Source of the DNA: Candidatus Fervidifonticultor quintus
GTDB lineage: Bacteria > Sysuimicrobiota > Sysuimicrobiia > Sysuimicrobiales > Humicultoraceae
Direction: 5' to 3'
NCBI GenBank assembly: GCA_031459535.1
Contig: JAVKIJ010000078.1
Span: 1-15,157, forward strand
Length of the DNA: 15,157 bases
Shown here: positions 7,678 to 15,157 of the stretch, piece by piece
How the letters are laid out: the number at the start of each line of letters is the position of its first letter
Numbering within the stretch: the stretch's first letter is position 1
Position numbers and translations under genes: made by a program
The notes under the pieces: model-generated
Seen by the model: only the letters and a program-made list of their open reading frames with translations
The model's database searches: none
What the model was told of the DNA's origin: nothing

Positions 7678-9015
7678 GTGGGACGCTACTTCGGCACCGA
7701 CGGCATTCGAGGGGTCGCCAACGTGGACCTGACGCCGGAGCTGGTCTTCCGGGTGGGCCGTGCGGCCGGAGCGGAACTGCGGGGCGAAGGTGGGCTGTTC
7801 TTCGTGGGCCGCGACAGCCGGCTCTCAGGCCCCATGCTCGAGGCCGCGCTGGCGGCTGGCCTGTGCTCGACCGGCGCGTCCGTGGAGCTGGGCGGCCTGC
7901 TGCCCACGCCGGCGGTCGCCTACCTGGCTCGGATGCGCGGGGCGGCGGTCGGTGTCGTGATCTCAGCGTCGCACAATCCCGTTGAGGACAACGGCATCAA
8001 GTTCTTCGGCGGCGATGGCTATAAGTTGCTCGACGCCCATGAGGAGGCCATCGAGGCCCTCCTGGACCGGGACGACCTGCCCAGGCCGAGCGGGACGGCC
8101 ATCGGCACGATCCGCGCCGTGCCAGAGGCCGAGGGGCGCTATCTCGAGTATCTGATGGGCCTGGCGCTGGCCCCGCTGCGCGGGGTGCGGGTGGTCGTGG
8201 ATTGCGCGTACGGGGCAGCGGCCCGTCTGGCCCCGCGGCTCTGGGAAGCCCTGGGCAGCACGGTCATCCCCCTCCACGCCGAGCCGGACGGCTCCCGGAT
8301 CAACGTGCAGTGCGGCTCGACGCACCTCGAGCCGCTGCGGGCGGCGGTACTGGCCGAGGGCGCGGACCTGGGGTTCGCGCACGACGGCGACGCCGACCGC
8401 GTGCTGGCCGTCGACGAGCAGGGCAACGAGGTCGACGGCGACGCCATTATGGGGATGTGCGCTCTCGACCGTCATCGCCGGGGGGTGCTGCCGGCGAGTA
8501 CCGTGGTGGCCACGGTCATGAGCAACGCCGGGCTCGAGCGGGCGCTGCAGGCAGTCGGGATCCGGATGGAACGCACCAGGGTCGGAGACCGGTATGTGCT
8601 GGAGCGCATGCGCCAGATCGGCGCCGCCCTGGGCGGCGAGCAGAGCGGCCACATCGTCTTCCTGGATCGCGCCACGACCGGTGACGGCCTCCTGACAGCC
8701 ATAGAGGTGACCAACGTCATGACGCGCACCGGGAAGCGCCTCTCGGAGCTGCGCGCCGCGATCCCCCGCTTTCCCCAGGTCCTCCGCAACGTCCGTGTCG
8801 CAGACCGCAACGATATCATGGACGCGCCGGAAGTGGTCCGCGCCGTGGCGGCTGCCCAGGACCGCCTGGCCGGCCGCGGGCGCATCCTCGTGCGGCCGTC
8901 GGGGACCGAGCCCCTGGTGCGCATCATGGTCGAAGCCGAGGGCCAGGACGAGGCCGAGGCGATCGCCGCCGAGGTGGCCGAGGTCATTCGTCGCCGCTTT
9001 GGGGAGCCGCCGTGA
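7678..9015 (+). CDS. glmM: Phosphoglucosamine mutase
   Basis: Motifs YFGTDGIRG, GRDSRLSG, ISASHNP (phospho-Ser), DGDADR, GGEQSGH and RPSGTEP.VR.MVE. Confidence 0.97.
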   Translation: MGRYFGTDGIRGVANVDLTPELVFRVGRAAGAELRGEGGLFFVGRDSRLSGPMLEAALAAGLCSTGASVELGGLLPTPAVAYLARMRGAAVGVVISASHNPVEDNGIKFFGGDGYKLLDAHEEAIEALLDRDDLPRPSGTAIGTIRAVPEAEGRYLEYLMGLALAPLRGVRVVVDCAYGAAARLAPRLWEALGSTVIPLHAEPDGSRINVQCGSTHLEPLRAAVLAEGADLGFAHDGDADRVLAVDEQGNEVDGDAIMGMCALDRHRRGVLPASTVVATVMSNAGLERALQAVGIRMERTRVGDRYVLERMRQIGAALGGEQSGHIVFLDRATTGDGLLTAIEVTNVMTRTGKRLSELRAAIPRFPQVLRNVRVADRNDIMDAPEVVRAVAAAQDRLAGRGRILVRPSGTEPLVRIMVEAEGQDEAEAIAAEVAEVIRRRFGEPP

Positions 9016-9806
9016 CCGTGCCGGTCGGTGGACCACCCCAACGCTTCGTCCTCGGCGCCCAGGTTCACGCCGTGGACCTGGAGGGTGCGCTGGCGTGGAT
9101 TCAGAGACGGATTGCCGCCCGCGTGCCCGGCTACGTGGTCACCCTGAACGGCGCGTTACTGGTGCAGGCGGCGCGCCAACCCGATCTCAGAGATTTGGTA
9201 AACGGCGCGGGGCTGGTCACAGCCGATGGCGTCGGCGTGCTGCTGACCGCCCGGATCCTCGGTGTCGATCTCCGCGGGAGGGTCGCGGGGATTGACCTGA
9301 CCCTGGCGCTGCTCGAGCTGGCCGCGGCGGCCGGGTATCGGGTCTTCCTGCTGGGGGGTGCCCCAGGGGTGGCCGAGGCTGCCGCCGCCGAGATGCGGCG
9401 TCGTCACCCGGCGTTGCGTGTCGTGGGCACGCGGCATGGCTACTTTGCGCCCGACGATGAACCTCGCCTGGTGGACGAGATCCGAGCCGCGGCCCCAGAC
9501 GTGCTCCTGGTCGCCCTGGGCGCGCCGCGCCAGGAACGCTGGATGCAACGCTGGTGCGCGGAGCTGGGTGTGCCTGTGTCCATTGGCGTCGGCGGCTCGC
9601 TCGACGTCATCGCCGGGCGCCTGCCGCGGGCGCCGATGTGGATGCAGCGCGCTGGGCTCGAGTGGCTGCACCGGGCGCTGCGGGAACCCAGGCGGTGGGC
9701 AGTCGTCCGCACCATCCCGCCGCTGTTCCTGCTCGCCGCGCGCGACCGACTCCGCAAAGCGGCACGGAACTCGGCGGGGCTGCCCGGCGGCAGGGAGCCC
9801 GGGTGA
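9012..9806 (+). CDS. WecB/TagA/CpsF-family (GT26) glycosyltransferase, TagA-like ManNAc transferase
   Basis: Motifs VVTLN, ADGVGV, RVAGIDL, VFLLGG.PGVAE, HGYF, VALGAPRQERW, GVGGSLDV.AG...RAP and GLEWL.R...EPRRW. GTGA overlap with glmM. Confidence 0.92.
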   Translation: MTVPVGGPPQRFVLGAQVHAVDLEGALAWIQRRIAARVPGYVVTLNGALLVQAARQPDLRDLVNGAGLVTADGVGVLLTARILGVDLRGRVAGIDLTLALLELAAAAGYRVFLLGGAPGVAEAAAAEMRRRHPALRVVGTRHGYFAPDDEPRLVDEIRAAAPDVLLVALGAPRQERWMQRWCAELGVPVSIGVGGSLDVIAGRLPRAPMWMQRAGLEWLHRALREPRRWAVVRTIPPLFLLAARDRLRKAARNSAGLPGGREPG

Positions 9807-9869
9807 GTGGAGCGAACTGAATCGCACACCGGATAGCAGGGGGAGGTGAGGCCGCACAGCCTGTGCCCT

Positions 9870-10045
9870 AGCGCCCGGACCCGGCTCCGTGATGCCGGGT
9901 TGACGAGGGAGGGGAGCTCGGAGTATCGGCGGGTGACCCTAGGCGCCATCCGCGCCTGCACAGCCTCAGCCCTGATCCCACGTGACTGAGGCCAAGGACG
10001 CCGACAAACCCCGGAGGCGACTCCGGGCCAAAAGGCGTTCCAGGA
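9870..10045 (+). ncRNA. glmS ribozyme (GlcN6P-activated self-cleaving riboswitch), variant
   Basis: A^GCGCC cleavage motif (A9870/G9871). P1 ACCCGGC 9879-9885/GCCGGGT 9894-9900. Core TGACGAGG 9901-9908 and TCGGCGGGTG 9926-9935. P2 AGGG 9910-9913/CCCT 9937-9940. P3 AGGCGC 9941-9946/GCGCCT 9952-9957. P4 GGACGCC 9996-10002/GGCGTTC 10034-10040 with an A-rich internal loop. P4.1 CCCGGAG-GCGA-CTCCGGG 10010-10027. Directly upstream of glmS. Confidence 0.93.
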
Positions 10046-10149
10046 CCCAGCGGTACCGACTCATTTTACCCGCGCCTGGGAACGACCAGGTCAGCGGTCT
10101 GTGCGCGCCGTTCCCGGTTCGGGCATCTCGATGCGTGCGGAGGTCTACC

Positions 10150-11997
<1,848 letters not shown>

Positions 11998-12012
11998 GCT
12001 GGGGATATGAGC

Positions 12013-12177
12013 ATGAATATCGACGACGAATTGCTTGCGATCCTGGCCTGTCCGGTGGATCACGCGCCTGTGAGACGGGAGGGCGACCGTATTGTGTGCA
12101 CGCAGTGCGGCCGGCGCTACCCTATTCGTGACGAGATTCCGATCATGCTCATCGAGGAGGCCGAGCTGCCCGGATGA
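12013..12177 (+). CDS. Trm112-like (YcaR/UPF0434) small protein, 54 aa
   Basis: Manual translation gives MNIDDELLAILACPVDHAPVRREGDRIVCTQCGRRYPIRDEIPIMLIEEAELPG*, the classic LL.IL.CP...C..C...YPI...IP.ML..EA pattern. Below the ORF-track size cut-off. Alternative ATG at 12007. Confidence 0.9.
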   Translation: MNIDDELLAILACPVDHAPVRREGDRIVCTQCGRRYPIRDEIPIMLIEEAELPG

Positions 12178-12554
12178 GCGTGTTGGGGATCGGCGTTGAT
12201 GTGGTCGAAGTCGGCCGCATTGCCCGTGCCCTCGATCGCTGGGGCGAGGCCTTCGTGCGCCGCATCTACACTCCGGCGGAGATCGCCCGCACAGAAGCCG
12301 GCGTGGCGCGCACAGCCCGCCTGGCCGCGCGCTTTGCCGCTAAAGAGGCGGTCATGAAAGCGCTGGGCGTGGGGTGGCGCGCCCTGGCCTGGCGCGACAT
12401 CGAGATCACCAGCGATCCGACCGGCCGGCCCGTCGTGCGCCTGCACGGCGCGGCCAGGCGCCTGGCGGAAGAACGCGGCATCCGCTGTGTGCTGGTGGCG
12501 TTGTCGCACACGCACGCCCACGCGGTCGCCAGTGCCGTCGCGCTCGGACCTTAG
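12174..12554 (+). CDS. acpS: Holo-[acyl-carrier-protein] synthase
   Basis: Motifs GIGVDVVEVGRI, LAARFAAKEAVMKALG.G, W.DIEI....GRP and V.LSH. ATGA overlap with the Trm112-like gene. Confidence 0.96.
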   Translation: MSVLGIGVDVVEVGRIARALDRWGEAFVRRIYTPAEIARTEAGVARTARLAARFAAKEAVMKALGVGWRALAWRDIEITSDPTGRPVVRLHGAARRLAEERGIRCVLVALSHTHAHAVASAVALGP

Positions 12555-12576
12555 GGACCCACCGGGAGCAAGACGA

Positions 12577-12745
12577 AGAGAGGCGCTGGCTTTGTCCGAC
12601 TTTTCACCGTCTTCGGTCGCGCCGCCGGTTCTTACCGCCACGTGGCTGATCTCGGGAGTTACCTCCCAAGAAGACCTTGCAGCTCTCAGAGTCCACGTGC
12701 GCGACGTTTGACTCGGCTACTTCGCCGTTAGGCTCGCGCCTCTCT
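12577..12745 (-). ncRNA. Putative ~170-nt multi-stem structured non-coding RNA of unassigned family
   Basis: Perfect 10-bp closing stem (12577-12586/12736-12745) enclosing nested stems 12616-12622/12699-12705, 12640-12645/12693-12698 and 12646-12649/12686-12689. Hairpins with GUAA, GCAA, UAAC and AAGA loops on the minus strand. Dedicated promoter immediately upstream. No credible ORF. Confidence 0.72.
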
Positions 12746-12752
12746 GGCCCTC

Positions 12753-12782
12753 ACCCTAGCATCGCCGCCCTGGCAGCGTCAA
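12753..12782 (-). promoter_or_regulatory. Sigma70-type promoter with extended -10 driving the minus-strand structured RNA
   Basis: Minus strand reads TTGACG (12782-12777), 18-nt spacer, TGc-TAGGGT (-10 at 12758-12753). An A at 12745, 7 nt after the -10, is the first base of the closing stem. Confidence 0.65.
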
Positions 12783-12861
12783 TCCCCAACGCTCGTTCTG
12801 GGGGTGTGGATACTGTGGGCAAGCGACAGGAAACTGCAGATGCGGACAAGAAGCCTCGATC

Positions 12862-14451
12862 GTGCGCCTTCCCACGAACGAGGAGATGGCCGCCCTCGAC
12901 CGGCGCGCCGAGGAGGAGTTCGGGGTACCCACGCTGCTCCTCATGGAGGCCGCCGGGCGCGGGGTGTTCGAGGCTGCCCTCCGTCTGGCCTCCCGGGCCT
13001 CGCCCCGGGTCGTCGTGGTCTGTGGCAAGGGTAACAACGGCGGAGACGGGCTGGTGGCGGCCCGCCTGATGCTCGCGGCAGGCTGGCGGGTGTCCGTCGT
13101 ACTGGTGGCGCGGGATGCCGAAGTGAGTGGAGACGCCGCCGTCAACCTGCGAGCCGCGCGCCGGGCAGGGGTCGAGGTCATCAACCTGGACAGCACCGCG
13201 ATTCCGGCGCTGGGGGGGCTGCTGGCCTCGGCGGACCTGATCGTGGACGGTCTGTTCGGAACCGGCTTTCGGGGTCCCGCCGCGGGCCTCGCTGCCAAGA
13301 CCATCGAGCTCATCAACAGCGCCGGGCGGCCGGCGCTGGCGATCGACATACCCTCCGGCGTCCACGGCGACACCGGGGCTGTGGACGGTCCAGCGGTCCG
13401 GGCCACGGCCACGGTGACCATGGGCCTTCCTAAGATCGGCCTCCTGCTGCCACCGGGCGCCGAGTACGCTGGCCGCATCTGGGTGGCGGACGTCGGCCAT
13501 CCTCGCCGGCTGGTGGATGCGTCGGGCGTACGGACCTTTCTGCTCACCCGGCAGGCCGTGGACCAGGCGATCCTCAGGCGCCCCCTGGCCGCCCACAAGG
13601 GGAACTTCGGCCGCGTGCTCGTCATCGCCGGGTCGGTGGGGCACTCCGGTGCCGCGGTCCTGGCAGCGCTGGGTGCGATGCGGGCCGGGGCGGGTCTGGT
13701 GACACTCGGAGTCCCGGCGGCCATCTATCCGGTCGTCGGGCCGGCGGTGATCGAGGGCATGCCGGTACCGCTGCCTGATGACCAGGGCGCACTCGCCGCC
13801 GAGGCTGCGGCCCGGGTCCTGGAGATGGCCGCGTCGGCCGACGTGGTCGCCTGCGGCCCCGGCCTGTCCACCCTGCTCGGGCCGCGGGCCGTCGTCTTGG
13901 GCCTGCTCGCCGAGAGCTCGCGGCCGCTCGTGCTCGACGCGGACGCGCTGAACATCCTGGCGGGGCTACGCGGGCCCTGGCCTCAGAGGCAGTCGCCGGT
14001 GATCCTGACCCCGCACCCGGGGGAGATGGCCAGGCTCCTGGGGAAGACAGTCGAGGGCATTCAGCAGCAACGGATCCAGGTCGCCCGGGCGGCTGCCGAG
14101 CGCTTCGGCGCCGTCGTCCTGCTCAAAGGGGCGCGCAGCGTCGTGGCTGATCCGTCCGGCGACGTCGTGGTCGTGCCGACCGGGAATCCGGCTATGGCGA
14201 GCGGCGGCATGGGTGACGTGCTCACTGGCGCAGTGGCGGCCTTCGTGGGCCAGGGGCTTCAGCCGGCCGCTGCCGCCGGCGTGGCTGCTTACCTGCACGG
14301 CCTCGCGGGGGACCTGGTTGCGGCCGCCTCAGGGCCCGCAGGGATCCTCGCGGGCGAGGTGGCAGCCGCCCTGCCCAGGGCGCTCGCCGCGGTGCGCGCG
14401 TCCGCGGTGGAAGAACTCGTCACGCCGCTGGCTCCGGCCCCAGACGCCTGA
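12862..14451 (+). CDS. nnr: Bifunctional NAD(P)HX epimerase / ADP-dependent NAD(P)HX dehydratase (NnrE-NnrD, YjeF)
   Basis: Motifs LLMEAAG, CGKGNNGGDG, DGLFGTG, DIPSG, HKGNFG, GAGLV, LDADAL, LTPHPGEMARL, LLKG and GGMGDVLTG. Confidence 0.96.
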   Translation: MRLPTNEEMAALDRRAEEEFGVPTLLLMEAAGRGVFEAALRLASRASPRVVVVCGKGNNGGDGLVAARLMLAAGWRVSVVLVARDAEVSGDAAVNLRAARRAGVEVINLDSTAIPALGGLLASADLIVDGLFGTGFRGPAAGLAAKTIELINSAGRPALAIDIPSGVHGDTGAVDGPAVRATATVTMGLPKIGLLLPPGAEYAGRIWVADVGHPRRLVDASGVRTFLLTRQAVDQAILRRPLAAHKGNFGRVLVIAGSVGHSGAAVLAALGAMRAGAGLVTLGVPAAIYPVVGPAVIEGMPVPLPDDQGALAAEAAARVLEMAASADVVACGPGLSTLLGPRAVVLGLLAESSRPLVLDADALNILAGLRGPWPQRQSPVILTPHPGEMARLLGKTVEGIQQQRIQVARAAAERFGAVVLLKGARSVVADPSGDVVVVPTGNPAMASGGMGDVLTGAVAAFVGQGLQPAAAAGVAAYLHGLAGDLVAAASGPAGILAGEVAAALPRALAAVRASAVEELVTPLAPAPDA

Positions 14452-14484
14452 CGGGGTGGCGGCATCGTCGAAGGAGGACCGTAC

Positions 14485-15157
14485 GTGGCTGCGATCGCCT
14501 ACGTAAATGGCACGATCAGTTCCATTGAAGACGCCCGGGTCTCTGTCGAGGATCGCGGCCTGCAGTTCGGCCACAGCGTGTACGAGGTCGTCTACGCCAT
14601 CAATGGGGCGTACTTCCGGCTGGCGGAGCACCTGGCCCGGCTGGAGCGGAGCCGCCGGGCCGCGGAGATCCCGCCGCCCGCGGCCCCCGACGAGATCGCG
14701 GCAGTCGCGCGGCGCCTCCTGGAGATGTCGGCCGAACGCGAAGGTGCCCTCTACGTCCAGATCACCGCGGGGACCGCACCGCGCCAGCACGTGCGTGTGG
14801 CGCCGGTGGCGCCCACGCTGATCATGACGTTTCGGCCTCTGGCCCGGGCTCAAGAGGGGGCGGGCGGAGACGGCGTGCGGCTCATCACGCACCCGGACCT
14901 GCGCTGGGTCCGCCGCGACATCAAAGCGACCACGCTGTTGCCCAACGTCCTCGCGCGTGAGGAGGCTGCGCGGCGAGGAGCCTACGAAGCGCTCCTCTAC
15001 GAGCCCAACGGTGTGATCACGGAGTGTTCGGCCGCGAACTTCTTCGCGGTCGTAGACGGACAGCTGCGCACGCACCCGTCTGACGGGAAGATTCTCGAAG
15101 GCGTGACCCGTGCCGCCGTTCTGGAGCTGTGCGGGGCGCTGGGCCTGGTCTGCGACG
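14485..15157 (+). CDS. Fold-type IV PLP aminotransferase, D-amino-acid (D-alanine) aminotransferase-like, 3'-truncated by the window edge
   Basis: GTG 14485 after SD AAGGAGG. Open frame to the window end: MAAIAYVNG...VSVEDRGLQFGHSVYEV...EHLARLERS...YVQITAGTAPRQH...DLRWVRRDIKATTLLPNVLA...ITECSAANFF...ILEGVTR. The RxH and RW.R.DIK...LL.NVLA motifs favour Dat over IlvE/PabC. Absent from the ORF track because it has no stop in the window. Confidence 0.85.
   Translation, partial: MAAIAYVNGTISSIEDARVSVEDRGLQFGHSVYEVVYAINGAYFRLAEHLARLERSRRAAEIPPPAAPDEIAAVARRLLEMSAEREGALYVQITAGTAPRQHVRVAPVAPTLIMTFRPLARAQEGAGGDGVRLITHPDLRWVRRDIKATTLLPNVLAREEAARRGAYEALLYEPNGVITECSAANFFAVVDGQLRTHPSDGKILEGVTRAAVLELCGALGLVCD

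Noticed and set aside
9982-10149. 56-aa N-terminal extension of GlmS in the ORF track
   Set aside because: GlmS needs Cys at its mature N-terminus. ATG 10150 has a good SD, and the extension overlaps the ribozyme.
12577-12745. Assignment of the structured RNA to 6S, SRP, RNase P, tmRNA, raiA motif or a riboswitch
   Set aside because: It is multibranched rather than a 6S-like rod, has no SRP helix-8 motif and no tRNA-like ends or tag ORF. The GAAAAGUC and ACAAAGCC segments resemble RNase P or raiA only superficially and in the wrong arrangement. No downstream gene lies on its strand. A covariance search is still required.
12784-12814. Possible plus-strand promoter for nnr (GATACT 12809-12814) and CCCCA/TGGGG hairpin
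   Set aside because: No recognisable -35 or correctly placed TG extension, so it is too weak to call.
12487-13069. Short ORFs crossing the acpS-nnr gap (12487..12711, 12677..13069, 12117..12641)
   Set aside because: No motifs or convincing SD, and they overlap real genes. The nested base-pairing is better explained by a structured RNA.

Overview
High-GC bacterial chromosomal segment with every protein gene on the + strand. The left ~4.5 kb is the end of a surface-glycan locus: the right end of an IS5-like element, a two-domain glycosyltransferase, rfbD/rmlD and a GT4 glycosyltransferase. A core housekeeping and cell-envelope cluster follows: rplM-rpsI-argF-cdaA-cdaR-glmM-tagA-like-[glmS ribozyme]-glmS-Trm112-like-acpS, then nnr and a D-amino-acid-aminotransferase-like gene cut by the window edge. 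The most striking element is absent from the ORF track: a ~170-nt, highly structured minus-strand RNA (12577-12745) between acpS and nnr. It has its own sigma70-type promoter, whose predicted start site falls on the first base of its 10-bp closing stem, and I cannot assign it to a known RNA family. The glmS ribozyme also looks like a variant, with changes at or next to the GlcN6P pocket and an extra hairpin. All structures were folded by eye and no database searches were run.
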